A DNA stretch of 64,000 bases from Octopus vulgaris (GCA_951406725.2 OX597831.1:10106001-10170000); one strand, 5' to 3'. Positions 1 through 13,889 are shown, counted from the stretch's first letter. Notes: generated from the letters alone by a model not told the origin. Numbers and translations: made by a program.

Positions 1-193
1 CTCAAAATAGGGGGACCAGAAAATGTCCAATTAAGCTAATAAAGGCAAATACTGGCGTAATTCATTCATACACACATATAATTAACTTTCTCTTTATAAT
101 ATATCTCTACCGAGATATATATTTCTGCATGGCTATTTTTTGTATCTCTCTCTATATATAAGTGTCTTTGTTTGCATATATATATATATATTA

Positions 194-465
194 TTTTCTA
201 GTTTCAGCTCACGAGCTGTGGTCATGCTGGGGCACCGCCATTCGGTGTAGCTACATGATTTTACTTCACGAATGCTTTTTAGCAATTGCCATTTGGTGCA
301 TGAGAGAGTTCGATGCAGCTGCCCTCATCTGCATCTCCTGCCGTGAAGTTGGTTAATCTAGGATACCTGACAGGAAGTGATTCAGTTTTATTTTAAAGAC
401 ATCTGCATCCACCTCATGCAGGTCTCTCAGGTCCTTCAGGAGGACATTGAAGAGCTGTGGACAGC

Positions 466-467
<2 letters not shown>
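194..467 (-). mobile_element. 3' fragment of CR1-group LINE (ORF2 C-terminus + 3' UTR)
   Basis: Minus strand reads ..[52 protein letters not shown]; homologous to 29021-29393; ends in ..CAGCTCGTGAGCTGAAACTAGAAAA; flanked by (TA)n. Confidence 0.8.
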
Positions 468-512
<45 letters not shown>

Positions 513-635
513 TGTATATATATATATTTATATATATATATATATATTTACATATATATATGTATGAATATAAATATATATGTATATATATACATATATG
601 AATATATATGAATACATCTATATATATATATATAT

Positions 636-686
<51 letters not shown>
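468..686. repeat. Compound (TA)n/(GA)n microsatellite
   Basis: Direct reading. Confidence 0.95.
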
Positions 687-688
<2 letters not shown>

Positions 689-1268
689 GAATAATGAAGA
701 GAAGTATATCAGAAGAATGTTCTTAAATACAGCCCAACACATTTTCGCTCTTAAGGAGTAATAAAAAATATACGCAACAATTTCGAAATAGAAAAGCCTT
801 TTAACATAGAATAAAAATTTTAAAAGGACTTGTAAAAAATCCTAAAAATATAAGAATTTTCCCAAAAGTTACTGATGTTGAATCGAAGAAGCATATTGTA
901 CACGCGAAAGGAGTGAAGCGTGTTGTTTCGAAATTCTATAATATTTTGAACTCTTTTAAAACTTCAATGTAACTCTCATAACAGAAATGTGGTCAAATTT
1001 TCGTAAACGATCGTAAGAAGAAATCCTCATTAAAGATTCATCCTAATTGATCGTATGCCATCGCTGATTGGATTCCTACCTCGTCATCGATTCTTAAAAG
1101 TTTGAATGCTCAGCACCGAATGTTTTAATGCATTTACATTCATTCATGATTTGTATTTTTGTACTTCAATAGATAATGTATATGAAGATGCCTATAATGC
1201 GGAGTGTTTTAATTTGATAAAGGGAATTGATCTTTGAAATTCGCTCTTCTTTCTTGCCGATATAAATA

Positions 1269-1297
<29 letters not shown>

Positions 1298-1299
<2 letters not shown>

Positions 1300-2337
1300 T
1301 AACAATTGAGGATAAAATCTTTAAAAGAAATTATCAGTAGTCAGCGTGAAAAACCTCGTAAGAGAAAAAATCCGTAAATTCTTCCTCTTTGAAAATATTT
1401 ATTTATATTATATTGAGGGTACTACTATTCGTAGATAGCAACACGCTAAGAGGGACCAATGCGGTCAAAACTACTAAAAATAAACAAAATTTTACCGAAT
1501 GCAAAACTTCAAAACACATCATTTTAAAAAAGAATTCAGTTACATATCACATGTGATTTCGCATTTAATGCAGAATATGCATTTCATGTTCATCAGTGCA
1601 ACAAACTCAAGAAATATAAGAGAAAACATAACATTACAAGCTCGATAGCCAACCGTAGAATTCGTCGTAGCATGTACGAATGTTTATCTTTACATATCTA
1701 TGAAAATGGCGGGCTTATTCGCAATGCATTTCGGTACCAAATTGTCTAGTCGGAATAAAAATTCAGTATTGAACTATTCCGGTGAAAAATATAAATTAAC
1801 AATTGAGGATAAAATCTTTAAAAGAAATTATCAGTAGTCAGCGTGAAAAACCTCGTAAGAGAAAAAATCCGTAAATTCTTCCTCTTTGAAAATATTTATT
1901 TATATTATATTGAGGGTACTACTATTCGTAGATAGCAACACGCTAAGAGGGACCAATGCGGTCAAAACTACTAAAAATAAACAAAATTTTACCGAATGCA
2001 AAACTTAAAACACATCATTTTAAAAAGAATTCAGTTACATATCACATGTGATTTCGCATTTAATGCAGAATATGCATTTCATGTTCATCAGTGCAACAAA
2101 CTCAAAAAATATAAGAGAAAACATAACATTACAAGCTCGATAGCCAACCGTATTTCTTATATTTCTTGAGTTTGTTGCACTGATGAACATGAAATGCATA
2201 TTCTGCATTAAATGCGAAATCACATGTGATATGTAACTGAATTCTTTTTTAAAATGATGTGTTTTGAAGTTTTGCATTTGGTAAAATTTTGTTTATTTTT
2301 AGTAGTTTTGACCGCATTGGTCCCTCTTAGCGTGTTG
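1298..2337. mobile_element. Partial tandem duplication plus inverted copy, (TA)n-flanked; probable Penelope-like pseudo-LTR remnant
   Basis: 1298-1657 is near-identical to 1795-2152; 2155-2337 is the reverse complement of ~1438-1621; related start sequence at ~31745-31885. Confidence 0.6.
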
Positions 2338-2341
2338 GTAT

Positions 2342-2393
<52 letters not shown>

Positions 2394-2499
2394 TATATAT
2401 ACATACATATATATGTGTCTATATATATATGCATATATATATGTGTTTATATATATGCATATGTATATACATATATAAATATAAATATTAATATATATA

Positions 2500-2535
<36 letters not shown>

Positions 2536-2538
<3 letters not shown>

Positions 2539-2745
2539 ATTTACAAAATAAGGGCAAAAGAAAAATTCTTATGCCAAATATGCCGAAAAAAAGACATTGG
2601 GACCAATACGGTAATAACGGATTTTTTAGAAATTTCTATCGGTTTGTTTCGGGACGCATAAATTATAATGGTTATTGACAATTTTGTCTTTTTTTCGGAA
2701 TATTTGGCATTAGAATTTTTCTGTTGCCCCTATCTTGTAAATTAT
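2536..2745. repeat. Inverted-repeat element with ~60-bp arms next to (TA)n
   Basis: 2536-2596 pairs with 2685-2745 with a few mismatches. Confidence 0.8.
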
Positions 2746-2831
2746 TTATAAATTTAACCTTTAAAGGTATTTTTTGATATGCTGGCCATTGATAAAAATT
2801 TCTTCCCGAAAAAAATGTTATCCTACATTAG

Positions 2832-2875
<44 letters not shown>

Positions 2876-4906
2876 ATATATATATTTATATATACACATA
2901 TAATATGTATTTAGATACATCATCTTATGTGTATTTTAAACGGCAGTGTTTGTTTCCCAGTAGATGTCGCAGAAGCTTGAATTGTATCTACAGAATTGTA
3001 TTCTACCGGGCTGACATTATAAATTGGGGGTAATATTAGTGACATAATTAATGAGAAAATCTATCAACCCAGATATAGTAAAGTGATATCGGTGGGGACA
3101 CATACTGTGAGCAAAGATTAAATACCAGGAGTCACTTGCCTGCCAAAGACTTGCCTTGTCATAAAAATATCTGGTAACTTCAGCTAAGATCCCTATGTGA
3201 TACTGTATATTGCACCCCATGAAAAAATAGCTATTGTTTCTGGCTTTGTGCTATGTACCTTCAAACACACCATTTCCCCTCGTATTCAAAGAACCTGTCT
3301 CATGATATTGTAAATTTTGTTGCAAAATTAGATAATTGATGCGGATCCCTACTTCAGATCAACGATTAAATATGTACCTGAATTCTTCCTTCCAAAAAAT
3401 GCATCCGCTATAATTTTCTCATTAGTTTACTTTCCCTCCAAAAATCGATGGACATCTAAAGATTTAATACCGAAAGACTTGCACAACCTAAAAAGATACT
3501 TAACTTATATGCCATCAGCTCAATATACCAAAAGTAGACTCAGAATGGAAGCAAAGCTGTTTATATTCAGTGGCAGTGGAAATCGGACCTACTTAATCGA
3601 AAACATGTTGTCATGGAAATTAGTGAGGACATGTTGAAATATCTCAATCTTAACATTGAAATGTCTTTCATAAACATGTCTGAACACTTGCCTATAGGCA
3701 GACTCTTGCAAATTGACTAAAACCTACGTAAGAAATTTTATATTAAATATGATGGGTGTCATATTGTAGCTTTTAAACCGTAAAAATAAACCAATATATT
3801 TGCAGTGTCTGGAAAGATTTTCTCTTGTTATAGCAATAGATTTATATATATTGATACATATTTTAGTTGATATAACATCACGTTGGTTTATGCGCAATCT
3901 TATTACACTAATGTCACATGACCTCATTTTACATGCTACACTGGAATCTCTTAAACTAGGATAAAAGCAATTTAAGATATATTAATTACCTCTTTAATAT
4001 GAGTTATGATTTTTGCTTTATTTATGTCAAAAATAATATTAAGTATTCATTAGGAAAGAGCATTTTGAATTTTTAATTTGTTGTGGCTCATTAATATTTT
4101 TCAGCGAAATAAATATAAATGACTGCCCTATAACTCTTTTCGTATTTGGTTTTTTTTTTTTGCGTGTCAGATTTCCTGATTCTAAACCCCATTAATCTTG
4201 CTATGTCTGACAACATTTATTTTCAAAATAATTAAAATTATTTCGCTTATAAATGCAACATCCTCGAAAAATATAATTAATTCAACACTTTTAAGAACAA
4301 AAGACTCCTTTATAATGGTAAATGCTTCCTACATTGCTACAATACGTGTAGATCAATGATATTTTGTAATGTTCATTCTTCAAAGTCATTAGCATTCTAG
4401 ATATACAACATCTGTTTCAGTATGAACAGTGCTGCAGTGTTACACCTTACACATGCGCAATCTTTTTACAGGAAATTATTCTAGACAATTTAATCAGACG
4501 AAAAAAACAAAAAAACAAATAACAAAACAAAACAAATGAATTGCTATAGCTGTTGCAAATATGCAAATAGTTCTGAAATATATTAGCAGTATTTTGTGCA
4601 CATTTTATTACTAAATACAATTAGTTTTGGAGAATTTTCAAGTCTTTAAACAGTGATGGCTTCAAATATATTTCCTCACAAAATATGGGATGTTTTCATA
4701 ATCAAGCCTCATTAGAGGTGGCGCGGTAAACACATCCTCATAGTCTCATAGTCTCAAACGATAATGGTCGATAAGAAATGAGATTAAATCTTGATTCTAT
4801 CTTGGAGAATTTGTAAGACAACTTCCGAAATATCAAGAATTCCGTGGACTGTTACGGTTATATATGTATATGTATCTGTGGCATTGCATATTATGTATGC
4901 ATATCT

Positions 4907-4953
<47 letters not shown>

Positions 4954-5048
4954 AATCCATACACATACACATATATATTTATATATTAATATATACTATG
5001 TACACATAACCTATATATATATGTGTATGTGTGTGTGTGCGTGTGTGT

Positions 5049-5300
5049 GGAGACGCGTGGCTTAGTGGTCAGGATGCCAGCACATTGATCGTAGGATTGT
5101 GGTTTCGAATCCTGGACCGGGGGACGCTTTGTGTTCTTGAGCAAGACACATCATTTCACGTTGCTCCAGGCCACTCAGTTGGCAAAAATGAGTGATGCTG
5201 CGATGGACTGGCGTCCGGTCCAGCTGGGGAACACATACGCCATAGAAACCGGGAAACCGGGCCATGAGCCTGGCTAGGCTTTAAAAGGGCGCATTTATTT
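5049..5300 (+). mobile_element. tRNA-derived SINE with Meta/V-domain-like body
   Basis: A box TGGCTTAGTGG, B box TTTCGAATCC, GTTCTTGAGCAAGACAC core, then CTGCGATGGACTGGCGTCCGGTCCAG..AGAAACCGGG. Confidence 0.8.
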
Positions 5301-5404
5301 TTTATTATATATATATATATATCACGTTGATCACCTTGACCGACCAGTCCGTCGGGCGTCCATTTGACACCGCTGGTGACAGCACGCTGCCCACTCCTCT
5401 CTAG

Positions 5405-5523
5405 ATCGCGCCTTTCTCATCCACGTGAACCCAATCTTCCTCCTGAAATCCTAACTCCCCCGTCGTGGAGGAGTTACGATTTCGGGAGGACGATTGGGAT
5501 CACGTGGATGAGAAAGGTGCGAT
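5405..5523. repeat. Imperfect fold-back hairpin (~55-bp arms, short loop)
   Basis: ATCGCGCCTTTCTCATCCACGTGA..TAACTCC pairs with GGAGTTA..TCACGTGGATGAGAAAGGTGCGAT. Confidence 0.85.
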
Positions 5524-5525
5524 AA

Positions 5526-5574
<49 letters not shown>

Positions 5575-7231
5575 AGCATACACACATGTATGTGTATGTT
5601 TTAACGTTAGGACACGTATGAATAAAATGGTTCATATTCTGGAGACTAATTTCCCTATAAATGTTGAAGAGATGTATAAGTCTTTGTTATATTCGCCACT
5701 GTTAAAACAGATCAACGGACAGGGAACAAAAAGTCTGATGAATTCTCTTAGAAATACACTCAATATTTATGGAAGTGAAAGTGTTAATGTTAACCAGTCA
5801 AATAATTGTCGACTTCTTTGACATCCTCGCCTTGGCTGGGTCGTGCAGCTGTAGTAAAGGATAAATTATGCGAGTTGCAGTTAGTGAATAATTTATGGTA
5901 GAGACGGATCCGCTAAAAGGTTATCAATGTTGCTTGCTTTTAGATGCGTAACCTATAAAGTGTTATCATTGGCATATGGTTTTTGAAGATTTAATTTATT
6001 CATTAATGTCATGGCTATGCTGACGCTCGGATTATTTACTCTACGAACAGATATTCGTGTGACACTAACATGTCTCAATTTGTGATTTGAAGTTCAATGT
6101 CCGCAGAATTATAGCAAAATTATTATCATATTCGTGACATATATTATATGAATTATATTATTAAGCATACGAATTCTAACATATTTCCGACGCATTCTAC
6201 AATAATAATACGAAAATTCCGTCAAAAAATCCGTCCGGAGAAATACTTTGTTTGGTATATTTAAAATAACAAGTTTGCAGTGTTAAATTTGGTTTTTGTG
6301 CCTGTCCCCATATATGGACGCGAATGTAATGAATTAACCGAAAAAGTTAGTACGCAAATACGAGCGGTCACTCCGATGGATCCCACGATTAAGGATACTA
6401 GACAGGATTCGTAACCTCGAGATCAGAGATTATCCCCAGCTCAAATCACTCCTCTGCACTGAGACTCGAAAATTCCAATATTATGGACGGCTGAAAGAAT
6501 TACAGGAGAGACCTGATTTATACGGAGTCAACCGTCAAGAGAATAGGTGTAGACCAAGAATGAGTTGTTAGTTCATATTCATTCTTGCAGCCAGCTATAT
6601 TTGAGAATCCACAAAATGTTATGGCAGATATTTCTGACGGATGACGCTCATGAGGATTCAACTTCTATGTCTCTCCCAGAAATTGTTGTCTCCCTTATTA
6701 ATATATCTCTACTTCCGCTGCCAAATATTATCAACAGGTGCATACAGCAGAAACCATAATATGAATCATCAATTTCCACACGTTAATTATTTGCGTGTCT
6801 CTTGCATCTATGTTTTCATAAGCATGCGTTGATAAAAAAATGGCTTATGACAGAATCCTGCTTTGGTCTGTTTGGTACACGCAAACTAAATGGTAAATCT
6901 GTAAGCATTCATATATTTCGTTATCGTAAACTATTGTTAAACATCTTCATCTTTACAATTCTCTCAGCGACAGAGATGTTTCCTACTGAAATTTTTATGT
7001 TATTGTATATTTATATTCCTGAATTTTCTATATGTTACAATTTCCAATTTTATGTTATTTTATTTCTATACTTTTGCACATGTGGTATTGTTCCATGTGT
7101 TTTCATCCACGAATACATTTCAAATCAAGTATACACGAGTACAAGCGTGATTAGGTATGTCTGATGTATAAAAATATGTTATTTATGTATATATATATAT
7201 ATATATATATTGGTAAGTAAAACTATTGAAA

Positions 7232-7287
7232 CGATATTATTATTATTATTTTTGTTGTTGCTGTGATTATTATTATTATTGCAAACT

Positions 7288-7333
<46 letters not shown>

Positions 7334-7436
7334 CAATAGTAGAAGAAGAAGAAGAAGAAGAAGAAGAAGAAGAAGAAGAAGAAGAAGAAGAAGAAGAAGG
7401 AGAAGAAGAAGAAGAAGAAGCAGCAGAAGAAGAAAA
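7232..7436. repeat. Compound trinucleotide repeat (TAT)n/(TAG)n/(AAG)n
   Basis: Direct reading. Confidence 0.95.
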
Positions 7437-8084
7437 ATAGCGACAGCTGCTGCAACATATTTTCGTTATACGCATGCATTCCGGTCCAAGTACTTCTCTG
7501 CATGTATGAACACACACATATATATATGTGAGTGTGTATGTGTGTGTATGTGTGTGTGTGTGTGTGTATACAGATGAAGATAGATAGATAGATAGATAGA
7601 TATTTAAGCATATTTATGTGTCAGCATTAGCGTTCGTCTGTGTTATGCACGTTCTGCAGAGACTCACATGTAATATAGTGAGTTGAAATACTTGAATAAA
7701 ATTGCGAGGAAAGTTTTGAAACGAAACAATAGATGATACATATAATAGGCGTGTAACGTCATGTGGCAAAGGAACAATATACCGTATTGCGTTCCTGCAG
7801 TAGAAGAACTTGTGGCTTGCACGTTAAACTAACGCTATTAATACAGTATCACTATTTCTGATAACGCAATTACTTTAGATAGCTAATGTGAAATATGCTG
7901 ACACTATGTTAATTATTCCTATTATAATTTTATGCACATACATAGCGTTATGGTGAAGAAACTTGCTTTACAGAGACGCAGAGTTTTAATTCAGCTGCGC
8001 TGCGCAGCATTTTTCGTGTCTTCTAGGGTAGACACGGACCTACCAATGCGATCTGAGTCAATTTGCTTGACAGAAACTGCCGAG

Positions 8085-8530
<446 letters not shown>

Positions 8531-8935
8531 CCTGTCCATCTGTCTGCCTGTCTTTCTGTTTATATATATACATACGCAGGGTGATCAGATTAAATGCAGA
8601 CATATATTAATTGAAATATATCTCTGGCGATATGTCACGGTACATTTACATTTCAAGGGTATATTTGCACTCGTATGATACAGATGATTATTTTAGCTCA
8701 ATACTATGTGTGTTGCAGGTAATAAATTTTAATCAACCGGCTTGTACTCGCAATACCAGTGGGCAATTTTCAATGGATTTTTGTATATCAGGGGTTGACA
8801 AATGTTATGCCCCGCCTTCGGTACACACCACTCAAAATGCACTAAGAGACCGAAATGTATTTGGAACTGCTTCTAGCCGCTGTTATAAACACATTTGTTT
8901 TCCTTCGACTTATTAAACACACAACGTCCATATAT

Positions 8936-9053
<118 letters not shown>

Positions 9054-9056
9054 ACA

Positions 9057-9274
9057 TCTTTACTACCCACAAGGGGCTAAACATAGAGTGAACAAACAAA
9101 GAGTGACAAAGACTTTAAGTCGATTACATCGACCTCAGTGCGTAACTGGTACTTAATGTATCCGAAAGGATGAAAGGCAAAGCTGACCTCGGCGGAATTT
9201 GAACCCAGAATGTAACAGCAGACGAAATACGGCTACGCATTTCGCCTGGCGTGCTAACTATTCTGCCAGCTAGC
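9057..9274 (-). mobile_element. tRNA-derived SINE with Nin/Deu-like domain
   Basis: Minus: AGCTGGCAGAA..GTTCAAATTCCGCCGAGGTCAGCTTTGCCTTTCATCCTTTCGG..; same family as 24657-24887. Confidence 0.85.
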
Positions 9275-9299
9275 TTTATATATATGTATATATATATAT

Positions 9300-9486
9300 A
9301 CGAGTACATGGACAAAAGATGAAAGGCACTCAACACATTTATTGGGAGTTACATGCATGGATCAAAACATTTTGATTCAATTTCGTTGGTACTACGTAAG
9401 TTTCAGGCGTGATGCTAATCTTCGGCCATTTTAAATTTGTAAGTCTCGGAGTACTCTTATATTTGAACCAAACTGTTTTGATCCAT
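9300..9486 (-). mobile_element. Short PLE-like pLTR remnant with hammerhead-like motif, poly(A) signal and 24-bp inverted arms
   Basis: Minus 9387-9428: TGG-CCGAAGA-TTAGCATCACGCCT-GAAAC-TTACGTA-GTA-CCA; AATAAA at 9338-9343 (minus); 9357-9380 inverted versus 9463-9486. Confidence 0.55.
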
Positions 9487-9496
9487 ATATACATAT

Positions 9497-9645
9497 GTCC
9501 CCGTAACTTAGCGGTTCAGCAAAAGAGACCGATAGAATAAGTACTGGGCTTACAAAGAATAAGTCCTGGGGTCTATTTGCTCGACTAAAGGCGGTGCTCC
9601 AGCATGGCCGCAGTCAAATTACTGAAACAAGTAAAAGAGTAAAAG

Positions 9646-9648
<3 letters not shown>
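9497..9648 (+). mobile_element. 3' half of abundant SINE (family of 31206-31631)
   Basis: GTCCCCGTAACTTAGCGGTTC..GGCGGTGCTCCAGCATGGCCGCAGTCAAATTACTGAAACAAGTAAAAGAG. Confidence 0.85.
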
Positions 9649-9710
<62 letters not shown>

Positions 9711-10487
9711 CTGTGTATCTGTGTGTATGTGTGTGTGTGCAGGTATAGTTTGCTCTTAATCAGGTGGTGTAAGCTTTATGCATACATGCATTTATCTTAT
9801 AGAAGCTGATGGCGTCAACATTCGTTGAATTGATTGCATAAAACTCATAGTAATGAAAGTTTATTTTTATGCCTGTGACAACTAGTGTATATGCGTGTGA
9901 ATGAACGCGTGGGTTTTAAGTTTTCTAAGATACAAGTCGAGAGCGAAAACGCCCTTCAATTCACTTCAATTAATTCCATAACCAATCTTCTTTTAATTGA
10001 AATAACAACATAAATTGCATTGCTTACCGAGTTTCCATTTAGTATAATACAATCTCAAACACACATGATATCACAGACTTGCTCACAACACACACATGTA
10101 AACACATATATATATACATGTGTACAACTATTATAATATCATAACGTAATTATAAATTCCCACGCTGTTTCCTTAGGTTACATATGAATCGTTGTAAAAT
10201 GTTGAAATCATTCTAAATTAGACGCTAATTACAGAGTTTCCGTTCTAAATGCATGTGATATGATTATTGCTCCTGAGATAATCATAATTTCTACGGCAGA
10301 TTTATTGTAATTTGCTACTGGGACAACCTAAAGCAGCCACCTTGCTTCAGTGTCCGTCATTCTTATACAAACGATGCAACACTAGCTCTCAAATATATAT
10401 CATTCACCATTTAATATAAACATGGATGTAAAAGAGATTATATGAGACGAAGTCATAATATAGTTCTCACTCACAGCCTGATATTAA

Positions 10488-10858
10488 CAAACTAATATAA
10501 GAACACTCAGAGAGCGCAAACCTCCGCCAAGGTACCTCTCCCCCACCAATGATTAACCGGATATGATTTTTAAAATGAGAATATCTGGAATGAATTCGAC
10601 TGCTCTCACAAAGGAGAATACTAAAAATGAACTCGACTGCTCTCAAAAAATTAAGTAGCAAAAAATGGCAAAATAATCCAGAATCCTTGTCCGGTATGGA
10701 TCGATCCCCAAATCCAATCACCTCATGGCAGTCACGAGGCCAAACGTCCCTGAAAGTGTCATCCAAATTCATCCAGCGGTTCTTGAGATATTTTATCCAA
10801 TGACAAACAAACACGACTGAACACAATACCTCCGCCTTCGCAAAGGCGAAGGTAATAA
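10488..10858 (+). mobile_element. Non-autonomous Helentron/HINE (DINE-1-like) element
   Basis: ACCTCCGCC near the 5' end repeated near the 3' end; terminal hairpin ACCTCCGCCTT-CGCA-AAGGCGAAGGT; ACAAACAAAC tract before it. Confidence 0.6.
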
Positions 10859-11048
10859 AATATGTTTGTTGGTTGTAAAATACCTAATACTGCTCAAGTA
10901 TTACGAGATAAAAGTTATGATATTTTTAAGAGAGATTTTACTTCAGAAATATTATTTATATATACGTAATATTTCAGTTTCACTGCATTCGGAATACGAA
11001 ACGAATCATTTCTGGGGAAACGTTAGGCTTTATGTGAGAAGAGAAAAG

Positions 11049-11222
11049 TAAAGCAGTGAGCTAGCAGAATGATTATAGCGCTATTTCTACCGTCCTTACG
11101 TTCCGAGTTCAAATTCAGTTGTGGCCAACTGTGCCATTCAGCGTTTAGAGATCGATAAAATAAGTTTCAGCTGAGCACTGGTGTCGATGTAATCGATTTA
11201 TCCCTCCCAAAATTTGAAAGCA
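11049..11222 (+). mobile_element. Degraded Nin/Deu-type SINE
   Basis: AAAGCAGTGAGCTAGCAGAA..GAGTTCAAATTC..GATCGATAAAATAAGT..GTCGATGTAATCGA. Confidence 0.65.
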
Positions 11223-11409
11223 ATATGAGCAAAGGCTTGGTGGTTAGCCGCAATATGGCTGAATTGCTAAAAGAAGAAATTAGCAAGATGGCGTTTTAAA
11301 TTGAATCTAGTTTTATAAAGCTGCTTGATCTATTCTTGCTTTGTTTTTATAATTTCTTAAATATCTTGGGAATTTTAATTAAAATAAGCTTATTTTCTAA
11401 ATGATTTGT

Positions 11410-11507
11410 TTTCTATGTTATTGATTGTAGGTCATTTTCCATATTATTGATTGTAGGTCATTACTGATTGATAATTTGTTTTCCATATTATTGACTGTAG
11501 GTCATTC
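11410..11507. repeat. Three copies of a ~25-28-bp unit (..ATTATTGATTGTAGGTCATT)
   Basis: Direct reading. Confidence 0.8.
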
Positions 11508-11641
11508 AATGAAAAAAAGTCAGTTAAGTAACTATTTCCCTATAAAGCAATTTTAGTATCGTTCCTAGTGACTTTTTTCTGTGAAATAAGTATCTTAAAT
11601 TAGGAAATTACTATTTGTAAATCTCACAGCGAAAGATATTT

Positions 11642-12022
11642 AGCAACAGTACTTTGTAGTAAAGCTTGTTTGCCAACATAACATGGCAGTCCTGGTTTAG
11701 GACGAATGTTGCTGTAATTTAGCCCCCGGTGACATAGTCTCCAGCTGGCTATACGACACGATCTGTGTCCTTATATTTTCGATCAAGGGAATCTAGCACC
11801 CCCACTCAGCTCAAAGCAACATCGGAAATCGCGATACACAGATATTGTTTTGAGCTGAGTAGGGATGCTAGATTCCCTTGTTCGAAACTATAAGGACACA
11901 GATTGTATCGTATAGCCAGCTGGAGACTATGTCACCGGGGGCTAAATTACAGCAACATTCGTCCTAAACCAGGAGTGCCATGTTATACTGGCAAAAAGTT
12001 TTACTCCATAAGTAACTTGCTT
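11642..12022. repeat. Long fold-back element (~150-180-bp arms, ~17-nt loop)
   Basis: 11669-11823 pairs with 11841-11995; weaker pairing extends outward. Confidence 0.9.
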
Positions 12023-13889
12023 CGTATTTCTACTTGATTTGCAAGTTTCTTGATGTGGTTTCGTCTTGTTACTGGCATAATGTCCTTCCCAAAGCTCAAA
12101 GGTATCTTACAATTGTATTTTTAATTTATAATAACAATAATAATAATTAATCCCAAATATATGCAGAAGGCCTGAAATTGTAGGCGAGAGGGCAGTCGAT
12201 TACATTGGCCCCATTACGCAGTTGGAAATGATGTTATCCGGCCCTAAACCAATAAAAGCAACTCGAATATAAGTGGAAAATTAGGAAGAAATATCGTTCC
12301 TCACTTTGTCAGTCGTGCTAAAATTTCCGTGACAACGCAACCTTAATATTGATAGTAACAATAAACGTTATTGAATTGAATACAGAAATGAAGAAAGCAA
12401 AAGAACATAATTTCAGAGAAATTCTTTTTTTTATATTATTAGTGGATAATACGATGATGAGATTAGTGTAAGGACTTTGCTGCACATTCCATGACAGAGA
12501 TGTTAGAAATATTCTTGTATCTTCATTCAAAAGGTATTGTCTATCCATTTTATAAATACAAGAAATGTAGTCGAAAGCATATTTACCAACTTCAGTACTC
12601 ATTACCTATGTACACTGTTTATATCAAGTAATTATGAACTACAGGTAGATTAACACACCCACAAAAGGTACTCTTGACCCCCTCCTCTCTCTCGATCTCT
12701 GAAGCAGTTATGCAATTAACTATTACAGAGAAAATTTTAATAATTTATTTCAGGAATATAGAGGGACATTTTTGAGATTACCAGGTTAATGAGTTTATTT
12801 TGTTGTGAAATCTATGGACAACTTTATATTTCATAGGAATATTACTGGAAATGTTATATCACGATTAAATTCGATGCTGGATATATGAGAATTATCAAGA
12901 AGTGATTTAAATCAATCGCGAAAGAAACTAACAGATTACTCATAATGCTAATCTTAGTGTGCTGTTAGGCTGCTTATATCACCTACCTTGTGGTCTGGAA
13001 CTAGAGAGTGGATGTTTACAGTATGCGTTGACAAAGTCTGTAGCATAATAAACTGTCTCATTCGATTGTTTGGGTATGTTGACAGTCGATCGACGCGTCC
13101 GTGTTGTGTCTTCATGAAATTAATCAATAGATGTTAAGAGTCAGACAGTAGAAGAGTTGTAATCAAACTGAAACAACAGGTCTCCATTGGTGCATATATA
13201 TTCGTTATTATTTATATCCGTCAAAATATCCGCTGAGGAGAAAACAAGTAGTTCATCATATATTCCCACGTATTTATTTCTTCTTGTTTCTATTCATTAC
13301 ATCCGAGTGGTGTCATCCCAGCGCAACAATATTTTGCACATTTTCAAGTGGTTGCTTGCTGATTATTTATGTTATACACAAGTACACGAGACACACATTG
13401 ACGAGTCGCTATAGCTAAAGAAACGTATTTATATATCTAGATATATACATTGCATTACGTTCTCAATTATTCTTCTATCATGAAATGAATAGCATGGGTA
13501 GATATAGAGTGAGTTCAACAAAGTGGAAACACAGTGCATAGACGGCAGTGTTATTCAAAATTAAAAGATTTTCAGTTAAATGCAATGATGAATACAGAGT
13601 GAATTCTGTGTAGAATCTGGAAAACTTTCGCTCTTAATTAAGAAATCTCATTCATTTAGCCGTGCATTTATCTTATAAAGAAATGTCAAACAGTCGACTG
13701 CGTGGATCATGCATGGCATGAGATAAATAATTATTTATTTACCAATTCCAAATTGATTTCGAAACCGGTAAATAATTGTAATCATACATCTTTAGTTACG
13801 TTGAGTTAGGAAATACGTGAATACATAAATTATCATAACGTTTACTGGAGTCAGTAAAAGTCTGATTACAATGGTTATATTTAATATAC

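Noticed and set aside
6387-6570. ~60-codon stop-free frame (RLRILDRIRNLEIRDYPQLK..)
   Set aside because: No recognisable domain, start or convincing splice sites.
11410-11507. Spaced direct repeats as a CRISPR-like array
   Set aside because: Only three irregularly spaced AT-rich copies in eukaryotic context with no cas genes.
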